A DNA stretch of 64,000 bases, counting the filler, from Sanchytrium tribonematis (taxonomy: Eukaryota), in the NCBI GenBank assembly GCA_018985235.1. It is 12 parts of 12 records of this genome, joined end to end, with 100 filler letters (N's around TTAATTAATTAA, not from the genome) between each part and the next. Parts side by side here need not be neighbours in the genome. Positions count along the whole stretch, not along the records: positions 1 to 22,758 come from JADGIG010000080.1; 11 more parts are not named here. One strand, given 5' to 3'. The notes under the pieces were generated by a model. The model ran no database searches and was not told the origin of the DNA. It saw only the letters and a program-made list of their open reading frames with translations. The translations under genes were made by a program, and so were the position numbers. Of the stretch, positions 1 to 12,402 are shown piece after piece; the stretch's first letter is position 1; every line of letters begins with the position of its first letter.

Positions 1-3000
1 GTTTCCAGTAGGCTGTTAATTTAATTTTCCAATTGACGGAAAACACTCTACTAAAATAAAAAATTTATGCTTTCATGAAGATCCGCGGTTTCGAAATGAA
101 TGGAGTTCCAAAGATCTGGTAAACTATGCATCCATCTTCACATTTGACATTTTTTGACAATAGAACTGTCGGTTTTATTTCCACTATGACAAATTCAGTG
201 ACTAACTTAATCAGAGTACATCCAAACAACTCACAATATTCTCAAACCAAATACTTGCGTTTTAATAGTTTTTGGTGCGTATGAAATCTAGTTTATAATT
301 CATCTACATAGGTATTCTTCTTATGTGGGTTTAAATGATTAATCGTATTTTTAAATCTGTACATTTTACTGCTAATTATTTTAAATTGACTATTGCGTGG
401 CAAGGCAGCAATTGATCTATACATGGCCATGTAGTATCTGGTATTTCTTCTTCAATGGTGTACTGGTCAATAAAATCAATTTCCATTTTATTTCTAATGA
501 TTTTCTTCGAGTATTTGGTCATTGTCTGGTTCAATATTGATTTGATTTGCTTACAGTATTTGTTTGCAGTGTTGACTATGCTATGCATTCCATCATCTTG
601 GTCCATGGAGAGCATTGTATTAAGAGTTGTCTGGAAAGCAGGAGAATTCTTATATTTTTTAAAACAATCTGCATATTCTTCTTTGATTTCATCTGTGATA
701 ATGTTTGGAGTGTACCATCTATTCCATTTGTTGAGTTGGATCACTTATGCTTCTGTTGATATCTCCGTGAAAATAGCCAGATGATCACTGATTAATGGTC
801 CAATTTGAGTAGGCCCAATTTTATGAGCAATGGACTCATTCAACATAAATCCTAGTCGTGTTATGGGATCTTCCACATCATAGTCATTAATTATGCAGCC
901 GAGATCCGTGTAAACATTATTTATAAATTCCATTCATTATTATTTCTAATTTGGACCATGCCACAATTATAGTCACCAATCATAAAGAATTTATTAGATG
1001 ATGCACGTCTTTTACATTTCAATAAATCATTATAAAACACAGTTTTATCAATACTATTTGTCTTATGTAAAAATACAATGAAATAATCACAAAATTGCAC
1101 AAATAGAATAACTGGTGATTCAAGCAATACTATTGGTTTATAACTGGATAACATTGGATGAATATATAGTGCCATTCCCAGTTGGGTGGGCTCTGTTTTA
1201 TTTGTGACATAATTCATATTCTTAAACTTGGAGTGGAATTTTGAGAGTCTGGCCTCTGCATATCCCAATATATGGATGTTGTTGGATGTTATGAAGTTCA
1301 TAATGGCTGTATTTTTGTTGTGTGACATTCCGTTTATATTTGGTGAATTTGACGTATTTCTTGATCCACCACTGGCTTTTCCAGTCCACCAAATCACGTC
1401 TAGCGGAGCAGGAACATAGTCGGATTCTAAAAATAAACCATGACTTAATTTTAATGGATATTTGAAGAAACCATCATGATCATAATATTCCCGGAGACCA
1501 TTGGGGTTACGGATTTCTAATTTATACATGTTGTTGGTACTGTCGTGGAAACCGGAGTCAATTTGGTATGTATTAAATGGAATTGGGAAATGTTCTGGAT
1601 CGACAAATGTCATGGAATTTTTGATGAGTATTTGTGCATTAAAAGAATGTGCTGGTTGTAAATCTTTTAATTTTGTGTTTGATTTTAAATTACACTGTTG
1701 TTTGTGGTCAGTATATTGAATTGTGATAATTTGTGGGGATTTACCAGGATCTGGTAGGATGCTTTTCCGGTCCAATTCTGGACCGCTTTCTCAGTGGTTG
1801 GACTCTTTTACAACACTACTGAATGATTTGGGAGGTGTATCACTGGCTTTATCATCAATTTCTGTGATCTTGTCTGTGATTGGCTGATTTTCAATTTTGA
1901 TTTTTTCATTATTTGGGACATCCCCAGTAGATTGAGTGAGTACATTGGGTTCTTTAATCTCTGCTACTTGTGTGATAAAATTAAATCTGCAACATCGTTA
2001 ATTATTGTGACTTTGGAGAACACAGAATCATCTGATAGAAAGCCATCATGCTCATCAATAATGACTAGTGGTCCATTTTCAATAATTTTTGGTAATTTAA
2101 TCTGCTTATTAATCAATCTATTTGCAATTGTGTTGTATTTTGTTGAAATTTCATGATACTCCATTTCATAGAAGAATTTATGTCTTAAATTACACAACGA
2201 ATGTATTTACATAAACCACGTTCTCCTTGAACAAATTGATCAAAAAGGGGTAAATTACCAGTGGCTTTATGCTTGACTTGTAAATATCCATGCATTAACG
2301 ATACGTAAATGGACTTAATATGCTCCAAACCCCAAACCCCATTTATGTTGCTATCAGGATTATCACTTTGAATTAAATGCTTTAAATACGTATTTCTGGC
2401 AACAAATTGAATTTCACAGTCAATTAAATATGCGATATTCTCGAATATTTCTTTAATTTGTTTGAATACAACTCTCTTTTCTGACATTTTACATTTAAAA
2501 ATAATTTCAAGAGCGTTTAATTTGTGCACAAAGCTGAAATTCTTAAAGATGGCTTTAAATTCTGTAGAGTTAAACTTTCCAAATTTCTGAATCAATTGTT
2601 TTAGCTTATTGTACTTTAATTCTTTGTTCTTTTGCAATCCTTTAATGTATACGAATTGGAATTGTGGATATTCTGTTGCATTATTTAGAATTGCTGATTT
2701 GTTTTCTCCATTTTCTTGCTGTTGAATGCTATTTAATTTCAGTTCATTTAGAAATGCCTGTAGATCTGGATCAATATTGAATTCTTGAATCAAATTCTGC
2801 TTTTTGTCGTCACCAGCGATAATAGGGGCTTCCTGAGCATCGCTTATTGGCTGTGATAATTTTTCTGGCAAAGTCATTTCAGCATCACTTTTTGAATCAG
2901 TTTTGGTTGCGTTACCATTGGAATTATGATTTGATTGTTGCGGTTTTTTATCGATTTTCATTTTGTTATTTTCTTCTTCTTTTTTTGTTTTTTCCTGGAA

Positions 3001-3147
3001 TTGTACGATTTTATCTGTCTTTTTCTTTAATGTTGCGTTTAGTGTACTGTTTTCGTTTGCTGTTTTTGGATTTAGAGATGGTTTCAAAGATTCTTTTTTA
3101 ACGGTAGAGTCAATTGGCATCTCCTTGTCAGATGAGTCCATTGACAC
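1..3147 (-). mobile_element. Degenerate non-LTR retrotransposon (LINE): ORF1-like region plus APE endonuclease, broken by frameshifts and stops; runs off the window start
   Basis: Chained minus-strand ORFs 2185-3147, 1964-2197, 921-1775, 745-933 and 376-744 carry APE motifs NINGM, GYAEARL, MIGDYN and ISDHL. Confidence 0.7.
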
Positions 3148-3571
3148 TTGTTATTACTCAGATGCAGCTTTAGGTCCACTCATACTGGAGTTGGAAATTT
3201 ACAAAAAAAAATTAAATTGCAAAATGCAAATTCAGAATTTCCCTCCTGCTCAACTGAAATTGAAGTATTGGGTATTCGATTTATTTTGATGGATATCATT
3301 GCTGAGAAATCTACTGAATCAATAAATTCTTTGTGACACCAAACTATTTCATGGAGCGGATCCATTTGGTAATCTTATTTCTAATCAAATTCATTTCTTA
3401 AAATCCAGAGGCGTTTCGTTGACTTTTCAATGAATTCGTGGCCATATTGGGCATGAATACAATGAGCTCTCGATTCAATGAGCTGCTGACAGCTCTTTTA
3501 ACTCTGTTATTATTCATTTCTATTCACAAACAAAATAACAAAAGCCTGTTGCTTTTAATGTTGCGGAAGGA

Positions 3572-5258
3572 ATGTATTTCCGTGAGTTAATGAAGAATTT
3601 ACAGCAAGAACATATTGCATACGCCATGAGCATGCTTTGCGAAAAGGTGAGTTATGATGAATTTGTTAAAGTGCTTGGGTCTCGTTACATATTGGATTTT
3701 AAATCAGTGGATTTTTTTCAATTAAAACAAGAGAATTTGACTGGGCAAGAATATGCTGATAAAATTCAAAAATTTGGAAAAGTAGCAAAAATTAGTGAAG
3801 TGAATTTGAATGATCACTCTAAAGCTAGTTTGAAAGATGATATTGCAATTGTGTTGATTTCTATTCAGTTTGAGAGTTGGTCTATTGCTCGTAAAGCAGC
3901 ATTGGATGTAGAAAAAAGATTGAATCAAAAAGTGAGTGAATCTAAATCAGATTCAAATGGATTTTCTGGGTTTTGTCATTTCTGCAAGCAGCCAGGTCAT
4001 ATTTCTAAGACCTGTATTGTGCGATTGGCTACTATCTGTAATAAATGCAAAGGAGAAGGACATTTGGAAAAGGATTGCAAGAGAGATGACAGGGATTCTA
4101 AGAGAGAAGTCAACAATGTGGTGAATGATGAAGTAAAAATTAGTGATATTTATTACAAATTGCGCATTAATGGTCATTTGACTACTTCGTTGCTTGATAC
4201 TGGTGTGAATTGCAGCATTTTAATCGAAAATACTTATGGCTATTTGGGATTGAAAATGAGTGAATATCACGGCAAGGTGAGTTGCGGTGGTGTAGAGAAG
4301 CGTATCTTGGGATTCGTGGAGTATGGAAATGGATTCATTTGATCCATTTCAATCAAAGATGTTTGTGTTAGAAGGGGAGTACCGCCGTCAACCCATTGCT
4401 GGTCGTGATGTGTTGTTTGAGCATTTTGACTGTTCATTGATGCTTAATTCTAAAGAAAAGGTGGGGAATAATGTCTCAATTGAGTCAGATGTCGAGGAAG
4501 CACTAAAGAAATTGGTTTGATATTTGGATCCAATTTACCAGGAAATGTAGTTGAATATAACGTGGATAAAAGCAAGCCAATCAATCTACCACCAATCAAT
4601 ATTGAATTGAAAGATGGCTTTGACCCAGAGAATCTGCGACAAAAACCATTTAATGGGACAGAGAAATACCAGACAAGAGGAATTATTGTAAAAGGAGAGA
4701 GTGGGTTTAGCAGCCCGGCATTTATACTCAAGAAGGGAGACAAGTATAGACCTGTTGTGGATTATCGACGCATAAATTTAGCCACTAAACCAAGTGGTTT
4801 GCCAATTCATAGATGATTTGATTCAACGTGCTCTTGGTTACCTGTTCTATTCAAGTTTCGACTTGGAGTATGGGTACCATCAGCTGCTTGTTTCAAATGA
4901 CACAGCAAAAATTACAAGTTTTGTGACCACAGTTGGCCAGTTTCTACAACGGAGACTTGGTCAAGGCCTGCGTACGGCAGGCGGGATCTTCCAGCACTCG
5001 ATATCTACCTTGTTATCCCCAGTTGATAATCTGCTGCAATACATCGACGATTCGTTACTTTACAGCAATGATTTGATGCAGCATATTCAGGATATACGGG
5101 ACTTGATTATGATATGCAATAAGTATCATATTGTATTGAAATTGTCAAAGAGTCAAATTTGCCAGCCTGTAGTTGATTTCTGTGGTTTTGAGATATCTAG
5201 AGATGGATGTGGTGCCAAATTGTCATGTTATTCTCTCTTTAATTTCTTAAAAGATTGA
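3572..5258 (+). mobile_element. Degenerate Ty3/Gypsy LTR retrotransposon gag-pol (gag, protease, RT)
   Basis: Two CCHC knuckles (CHFCKQPGHISKTC, CNKCKGEGHLEKDC), protease LLDTG, RT motifs YRPVVDYRRIN, DLEYGYHQL and YIDD; split over 4 ORFs. Confidence 0.85.
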
Positions 5259-5339
5259 CTAGAGCCACTGAAACTCTTCTTTTTCATATGAAATGACTTG
5301 TAGTATCAAGCAAAATGGAAAAACAAATGAAATTAAATC

Positions 5340-5680
5340 TCAACACCATTGCAGATGGATCACCCATTCCTAGAATATACGAGTTGATTCAAACCGTATC
5401 AGGATATCATTATTACACCGTATCTGATTATTAGACGGGTTTTAACTAGATCAAAATCCATTACTACATCATTTGCCACCAGTAAGTCTCAATATTATAG
5501 TCATCGACTTGGTCAAGGATTAACGCAGTCCGGCGGTCTGTTCCACCACACGACATTCCAATTGACATCAGAAACTAAAAACCTAGCCCAATGCATTGAT
5601 GATTTAAATGATTTGAAGCAGCATATGAAGGATATCTAGACATTTGTTTAAATATGCTCAGAAAAGAATATCGGCTTCTG
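5340..5680 (+). pseudogene. Second, more decayed Gypsy RT fragment
   Basis: Translates to GSPIPRIYELIQ and HRLGQGLTQSGGLFHH, paralleling GLPIHR and RRLGQGLRTAGGIFQH of the adjacent element. Confidence 0.55.
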
Positions 5681-6233
5681 CGGCAATTGTGATTATACTC
5701 AATCAGATCTGGCAAAAATCAACATTAATTAGTCATTAACATGTGAAACATCCACTAGAGCGAAATTAGCGCTGTCGTTTTAGCTTTAAATAATTCACAC
5801 TTGAACTTCAATTATTTAGTTAAAATACATTTCGATTCAACAGCAGTAATCGCAAATATACAGTCATATACATACGTTCACAGTATTAAATTATGATCCT
5901 CTATGATTCAAAGCATTAATTTTGACATTTAATGGGTAAAAGCATATTCAGATAAAATTATGTCGTGGAAATTAGATTACATATTTGCTTTGTAGAACAA
6001 ATTGAGCAACTAATCGTGAACAACTGTCAATAGTGAGTAGACAGAATAAATTCTCCATAGCAACATTTGCAGCATTTGATGAGCAAAATAATGGATTTGT
6101 AAACAACTTTTATAGATCACTCTCCAGTAATGAAATTGTCAACGCAAAGATCACAGGCTACTCTTACTCTAGTCCAAAGTCATATTTCAAAGCTAAAAAC
6201 AAACCTTTTAGTGCAAAAAAAATTAAACGGCAA

Positions 6234-6403
6234 AATTGCTTGAAATAACTATAAGGTTTACATGACCAATTTCTGGAAAGAGAGTAAGCTGGAATCCTAT
6301 TATGTACCATAACCTGTGAATTGCTTGAAATAACTATAAGGTTTACATGACCAATTTCTGGAAAGAGAGTAAGCTGGAATCCTATTATGTACCATAACCT
6401 GTG
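6234..6403. repeat. Perfect 85-bp tandem duplication (2 copies)
   Basis: aattgcttgaaataactataagg...ccataacctgtg at 6234-6318 and 6319-6403. Confidence 0.9.
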
Positions 6404-7253
6404 CATTTTGTCAAGATGCTGTCAAAAAACATGGCTCAGCTTTGAGACAATTGAACCTGATCACCTATCAGTAGACGTCAAATTAGACAAACAACTAAAT
6501 TCTTAGCTCGAGAAAATTGAATCTCTTGTTTAAAGACGCATTTCATGGAACATCAATTCTGATCAAGCGCCTTGGGTGCACACTAGTTTAATATTGTGAA
6601 AATTGCAAATTACCAACTTTTTGGGCCCAATCAAATGCTTATATATCAAAGACGAATGAAAATGTATATATACCCCACAATCGAGTGTAAAATTAAATTA
6701 GCTTAAAAATTGACTTTTTAAAATCTATCACACTATTGTGGTCACAACAATAATGAAGTAGCCTCAAGGTGATCGATCTCAATGTTCAAAAAGCTACAGC
6801 TGAATTTTCGTCGTTTCATAACAGTATGAAAGGAGGTCGCTTTATAAGTGATTTAGGGTTGCATAGGGGGTAAGTTGTGACTGATTATAAAAAGGGTATT
6901 ATTAACTCAATGAATAGGGAATGTAACAAGGAATGTGTTATCAATTGATAGTGAAAGGGATCTCAGGATGCTACTAATAGCCCCTATAATTATCTTATCT
7001 TTATTTACAATAGTGCTGTTTAGGAAAATAAGCATTGTTATTGGACACATCAAATCGATGTATGGATCTATAATCTCCTTAATCCCTAATACTATAATTG
7101 TACATTATTGAATTGTGATAGGCTGCTAAATAGAAATTTCCAAAAAAAGCATTACTAAATCAGATACTTTCTTGCGCTATTGCTCACACTTTATGCGAAT
7201 AAATCAAGAGATTCTTTTTGGATTGAAAATCAAGCCGTAACTAAAGCCCCATC

Positions 7254-7706
7254 ATGAAACATTTTGATCTTTCAAATTATTCTAGGGCTCAATTAGACGA
7301 GGTTCTGAAGAGCCCCTATGACTATCTCACATCCCTTAAAAGTTTGCAATTGAAACAATTTGAAATTATAGAGTGTCAAGAAAAAATTGTTGATACTTGT
7401 GGTAAAAATATAGATTTGAATCAAGAGCTGATTACTATTGTCGAGTTACTATTTAAAGTTCAATCGATGATAAGCGATCAATATGTGGCTTATCAAAATG
7501 AATTTTTAGTCCATTGCGATTTATCTGCGAGTTTTGGAAAGATTAAACACTTGGATTTTTTAGAAGAAAAATTAATATCGCAAGAGAAAAGTATACAGAC
7601 TGAAGTATCTTCAAAAAATGATTCAAATATGGTTGCGCTTCTCAAATTTAACTTTGAGGAGGTTAATTTAATCAAAGAAGTTGCTCATTATCCCTTGAAA
7701 CAATGA
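7254..7706 (+). CDS. Hypothetical helical/coiled-coil protein
   Basis: 150-aa ORF with ATG preceded by CCCC; first gene of the gene-dense block. Confidence 0.55.
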   Translation: MKHFDLSNYSRAQLDEVLKSPYDYLTSLKSLQLKQFEIIECQEKIVDTCGKNIDLNQELITIVELLFKVQSMISDQYVAYQNEFLVHCDLSASFGKIKHLDFLEEKLISQEKSIQTEVSSKNDSNMVALLKFNFEEVNLIKEVAHYPLKQ

Positions 7707-8452
7707 TTAAAGTCTTCCCAGTTGCGTGTTTAAGAGACAACTACTCATATGTGGTTAAATGTGTGAGTTCTGGAAAAGGTGTGATAATCGACCCTGTGAT
7801 GCCGTCTAAAGCTTTTAAAGTGGCTAATGACAATAATGTGGACATCAAGCAATGTCTTGTTACTCATCATCATTCTGACCATCATGATATACCGGCATTA
7901 CATCGAATGGGGTTTGGACCCAAAACCTTGCAAATTATTTCTGGTGATAAGCGAATATCACATTCTGAAATTACACAAGATAGGAATATTTGGAAAGTGG
8001 GAGAAATGTCAATTCAGTCAATTTATACGGGAGGCCATACTTTAACCCATTTTTCCTACCTAATAACTCATAATAATGAGCAACATCTTTTCACCGGGGA
8101 TTTTTTATTTATCGGTGGTTGTGGCAAACTTTTCGAAGGTAGTCCTAGCTTAATGTGGAAATCTATAGAAGAAATAATGAAGCTTCCAAATAATGTCAAG
8201 GTTTGGGTGGGGCATGAATACACCTTAAATAATTACAAATGGGCGAACGCCTTATTTCCGACAGATGAAGGTATAATAGAACGAAAAAGGTTTGCCGAAA
8301 CCAATGCTTGTACTATTCCTTCGACACTTCTCATTGAGAAAGAATCCAATTTATTTTTGAGGTGCAACCAGGATTTGATATTACGTAAATTTGGTACTGA
8401 GGACCCTGTGTACGCGTTGGAAAAGTTGAGAGAAAATAAAGATTTATTTTGA
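7703..8452 (+). CDS. GLO2: Hydroxyacylglutathione hydrolase (glyoxalase II)
   Basis: DNYSY, THHHSDH, GHT, LFTGDFLFIGGCGKLFEG, GHEYT and C-terminal LRENKD motifs. Confidence 0.9.
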   Translation: MIKVFPVACLRDNYSYVVKCVSSGKGVIIDPVMPSKAFKVANDNNVDIKQCLVTHHHSDHHDIPALHRMGFGPKTLQIISGDKRISHSEITQDRNIWKVGEMSIQSIYTGGHTLTHFSYLITHNNEQHLFTGDFLFIGGCGKLFEGSPSLMWKSIEEIMKLPNNVKVWVGHEYTLNNYKWANALFPTDEGIIERKRFAETNACTIPSTLLIEKESNLFLRCNQDLILRKFGTEDPVYALEKLRENKDLF

Positions 8453-8465
8453 AATGTATTAGAAT

Positions 8466-9663
8466 TCATCTTCTGAAAATATCGTCGTAATACTCTATAT
8501 AATAAGTAACCAATATACCAACCCAGCCGTCAGATTTAGATTGTGACACCATCTGATTCGTATCTACAAATTTACATAGGTTGGGAGCCCAAATAATTAA
8601 TAGATTGCTAGTGCTCATCAAATTTTCTTCCTTGTTAAAATTAATTTGCCTTAACAAGTGAAATAAAATTTTTGTGACTACATAAGATGGGTATGGCATT
8701 TCCACTGTTTGGCGTTTGACAAGTTTAAATAAAGCGTCATCTTTTTCAGTAAGATTGACAACCTTGTGATTCTCGGCATAATCACTCAACAGAATAAACC
8801 ATTCTTTAACCCACAATCCCTCCGGTATCTCTCTAATAAATGACTTTAAAGAAGCTGCAGCAATGTGGACTGCTTCATCAATGGTTCTTTTCGGTAGTTG
8901 AGTCAAAAAATCTTCCATCAGAAAATCCAAAATAAACCCTAAGTTAATTTATGTAACCTTGATCTAAGAGTGCCTGAACTTGTTTAACATGTTTAGTGTG
9001 TGGAGACTTTCTGAAAATACCTTTGACAAGAGTGCCTTTTTCAATAAGAAACAAAAAGAGATTGCTCAGTGGTTCTGGAATTAAGCTCAGTAGTTCTGAT
9101 ATATCAAAATAGTCCTTTCCTCCGTCGTATTTAACCAGATCAATTAATTCTTTTTTGTATAGAACTCCGTGTATCTGGTAGTTCGGGTCTATGGTAGAAT
9201 TAAATGCTATAATTTTTTCGTCCGATAGTACATATTGAGGTACAATATCCTTCAACTCCGATAAATTTGAACAGATTCTGACTTTCTTTTTGAATTTCGG
9301 AGAAGTCATCTTGTAAATTGCAGAAAGCGCATATTGGATGATGGTAGGCGGATGAACAATTAAAACTTGTTTGATATTTTTTCTAATTTCCCTTGAAGAC
9401 TGGCTGTAAATAGAATGACCGAATGATATCATTGAGAGCACATTGAATTCCGAGGGCTGATAAAATATCAATATACTATACGGCTCCTCGCATATAAGTT
9501 TAATTTTGTCCATAACAAGGTCGATAACTTCTTGATTAGGAGTGCCATTTGGTACCAAGTGAAAAGTAATCACCAAACAGGGTCGCTTTTCTTGATCGAC
9601 TGCAAACGCACAAAAGGATGTATTTATGGAAGTAGTAGATAGCCTGGAATCGCTTTGAGACAT
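8466..9663 (-). CDS. BCH/CRAL-TRIO plus RhoGAP protein (p50RhoGAP/ARHGAP1-like); 2 exons, intron 8939-8957
   Basis: RKNIKQVLIVHP (BCH), GIFRKS, LKSFIREIPE and NLMSTSNLLIIWAPNL (RhoGAP); removing the 19-nt intron joins the two ORFs. Confidence 0.85.
8939..8957 (-). other. 19-nt GT-AG intron gttacataaattaacttag
   Basis: Restores RhoGAP frame LDQG|FILDF. Confidence 0.85.
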
Positions 9664-9678
9664 AATCTCAAACAGGGG

Positions 9679-11046
9679 ATGGAAGAGGTCGACTCGGTGC
9701 CAAAGCTAGATTACCAAAAAATGGCTGATGAACTGAGAGATGGCTTATATAATGAGTTCGAAATGCAACAAATGGATTTCCTGCAGGTTTTAAAAGATGC
9801 GAAGGATAAGTGTAATGCTAACTTATTTCGATTTTTAATTAATTATGTTGCTTTAGTGGATTTCAAACCCATTGAATCCCATCTAGAACAGTTTAAGGAA
9901 ATTGCTTTAAATTTGAGTTTTGAAAACATGCTTTCTCTGCTGCTTTATAATATATATATAAAGAAGGATGATGTTGAATGGATACAATGTCATAAAGAGT
10001 TTGTATTGGAAAATGGTAATGAATATACTGATGAGCTCTTACTTTATTGTGCTTTATCGAAGGATGATGTAAACGATAATTTATATGTGAGAATAATGAA
10101 TCTTTTAGAGCATCCCGAGAATAGAGAACCCTATTTGAAGCTTCTCATTCATTGCTCAGAGGTGAATCCAACAAATTTTCTTTTTAATTGTTTACTTGAA
10201 TGGGTTATAGATGGAAACATAGCTATAGATCAATCTCTTCATTGTATTTTTGTTAATATCTCGATGATAGAGATTTCATTTGAGTCTTTTGAGAAATTGA
10301 CAGACTACATTTCTAGTAACAAACCAAAGCAGAGTAATAAAGACTCCAAAATAGAGTTTGACATGAATTGGAACGACGCTACTTTATTGGTTTTGGCGAA
10401 TAACATAATTACAGACAAAATTATTGCAGAGAGAGTATATTCATTATGCCAAAAACATATTTCGGTATTTTACAAGACTAGTCTGAATATTGCCTCAATC
10501 ATCGACAAATCTTTGTCATTGGAGAAAAAAAGATTTGATATGATATCCATAGGTGACTTAAATTACATTCAGTCGTTTTATAAACTTGTTATCAAACTTT
10601 CCACATTCTCAACTATGAATTACCTTTTAGATGATTTATTGGTGCCCGAAAGTGTAGACTATGTCATACAGATATACCTTAAGATGCGAGAAAGCGAAAA
10701 TACAAATGATCCACAAATGTCGACTGAAGTCCAGAGTGAGCTTATTAAATCAACGAAATGGGTTGATCTCGTTGGAGATGTACTTCAATATTATCGGTGT
10801 ATTGCATACATTCCCATTGATATACTAGAACTTTATAAAACTAAGGATATTTGGATCGACAAATTTCAATTGGAAGACGAATGGATCAAGAGCTTTGAGA
10901 AAATGGTTTTTGAAGGTGCTCGGTTGGTTAACAATGAAACAGCAAAGAGACTATTGAAAGGGTCTCGATTTTCAGTTTTAAAAGACCTTGGTGGAAATGT
11001 TGATCCGCTTGACATAAAGCTTTTTATTTCAAGCCTTGTAGAATAA
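9679..11046 (+). CDS. Hypothetical protein (about 455 aa, helical)
   Basis: Long ORF; first ATG at 9679. Confidence 0.65.
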   Translation: MEEVDSVPKLDYQKMADELRDGLYNEFEMQQMDFLQVLKDAKDKCNANLFRFLINYVALVDFKPIESHLEQFKEIALNLSFENMLSLLLYNIYIKKDDVEWIQCHKEFVLENGNEYTDELLLYCALSKDDVNDNLYVRIMNLLEHPENREPYLKLLIHCSEVNPTNFLFNCLLEWVIDGNIAIDQSLHCIFVNISMIEISFESFEKLTDYISSNKPKQSNKDSKIEFDMNWNDATLLVLANNIITDKIIAERVYSLCQKHISVFYKTSLNIASIIDKSLSLEKKRFDMISIGDLNYIQSFYKLVIKLSTFSTMNYLLDDLLVPESVDYVIQIYLKMRESENTNDPQMSTEVQSELIKSTKWVDLVGDVLQYYRCIAYIPIDILELYKTKDIWIDKFQLEDEWIKSFEKMVFEGARLVNNETAKRLLKGSRFSVLKDLGGNVDPLDIKLFISSLVE

Positions 11047-11268
11047 ACCACTTTTGATAGTCTCCAGTTTCCTCTTTTTGGATTCTGCGTTTACTTTATT
11101 ATTTTTTCGCAATTCAAGATATTCTGAATATAGGCATTTGTTCAATTCTGTCTTCTGGGTGTTACAGATTCCAAAGAACTTTCGGAATCTATACGTGTCA
11201 TGACATAGAAACAAACGCTCTATTGCGTCGCTACATTGACTTTCAGAATCTGATAAAATTGTGTGCAT
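11029..11268 (-). CDS. CMC2: Twin Cx9C-type COX assembly protein, Cmc2-like
   Basis: MH.., C..AI..L..CH, KFFGICN..K.ELNKCL pattern. Confidence 0.75.
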   Translation of the reverse strand: MHTILSDSESQCSDAIERLFLCHDTYRFRKFFGICNTQKTELNKCLYSEYLELRKNNKVNAESKKRKLETIKSGLFYKA

Positions 11269-11284
11269 AGAAAAATCTCCGTGT

Positions 11285-12355
11285 ATGACTCATTTTTTCA
11301 ACGCTGGGCCAGCGAGTTTACCAAAACAGGCCCTAGAAGAATGCCAAAAAAAGTTTTTTGATATTGGCACTGGTGAATCAATTTTAGAAATTTCCCATAG
11401 AAGTCAATTTTTTGAAGCTACGTTAAATGAGGCTAATTCACTTTTGGTAAAGCTTTTAAATATTCCCAAAAATTACAAAATTCTATGGATGCAGGGTGGT
11501 GCGAGTTTGCAGTTTTCTGCATGTGCCCTTAATTGCTACTCTAGAACAAATCTACCTATCAGTTTTATTGTGAGTGGAATTTGGTCAAAAAAAGCATTCG
11601 ATGAGTGCAAAAAACTAAATTTACCTTGCTCTTTAGTTAAGCAATCATTTACTGAAGGTGTTCATCCCAATGAAAAGTTACCGTCTGATGGGTTTTTATA
11701 TTATTGCGCAAATGAGACAGTACATGGCGTGGAGTTTGATTTTGTGCCTGAACACAAAAATTTGATTTGTGACATGAGTAGTAATTTTTTAAGCAGGCCA
11801 GTTGATGTGTCTAATTATGCAGTCATTTTTGCTGGTGTTCAAAAAAACGTTGGGCCTGCTGGAGCTACTTTGATTATTGTCCGGGATAATCTTACCACTC
11901 AAGTCGATTATCCAATCCCTACAATGTTAGATTATTACACTTTCGCATCTACTAATTCTCTTTATAATACTCCACCTGTCAGTACCATTTTTGTATGCAA
12001 GTATGTATTACGTTGGATTGAAGAACAAGGTGGTTTGGAAGAAATGGAAAATCTTAGTCTGATGAAGTCCAAAATAATTTACGACATAATCAATCGATTT
12101 GACATGTATCATTGTCCCGTCTCTGCCCAATTCCGCTCTCGTATGAATATACCATTTAGAATTATAGCTGAATCGCAAGCTGACGGGGACTTAGAAAAAA
12201 ACTTTATAAAACAGGCTGAACAACTTGGATTATTTGGACTGTCTGGGCACAGATCCGTCGGAGGAATTCGGGCTTCTTTATATAATGCTGTTGACTGCAA
12301 TTCTGTACAAGCTCTTGGCACTTTCATGATAAATTTTGCAGAGAATAATAAATAA
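11285..12355 (+). CDS. SER1: Phosphoserine aminotransferase
   Basis: FNAGPASLP, EISHRS, NETVHG, DMSS, QKNVGPAG, YNTPP and GHRSVGGIRASLYNA. Confidence 0.95.
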   Translation: MTHFFNAGPASLPKQALEECQKKFFDIGTGESILEISHRSQFFEATLNEANSLLVKLLNIPKNYKILWMQGGASLQFSACALNCYSRTNLPISFIVSGIWSKKAFDECKKLNLPCSLVKQSFTEGVHPNEKLPSDGFLYYCANETVHGVEFDFVPEHKNLICDMSSNFLSRPVDVSNYAVIFAGVQKNVGPAGATLIIVRDNLTTQVDYPIPTMLDYYTFASTNSLYNTPPVSTIFVCKYVLRWIEEQGGLEEMENLSLMKSKIIYDIINRFDMYHCPVSAQFRSRMNIPFRIIAESQADGDLEKNFIKQAEQLGLFGLSGHRSVGGIRASLYNAVDCNSVQALGTFMINFAENNK

Positions 12356-12402
12356 GATTGGTTCAGTCTCTCAAAAATATTTAAAGTTTTTTTCTGAAAC
12401 AA

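Noticed and set aside
6234..6403. CRISPR-like or functional repeat
   Set aside because: Two adjacent copies without a spacer in eukaryotic TE debris; a simple duplication or assembly artefact
6860..7110. Possible polypurine tract and LTR (TG...CA) of the Gypsy element
   Set aside because: No matching second LTR or TSD found
7662..7680. Possible 19-nt intron gttaatttaatcaaagaag
   Set aside because: Only a partial match to TTHAY (TCAAA) and no homology to test it; not counted
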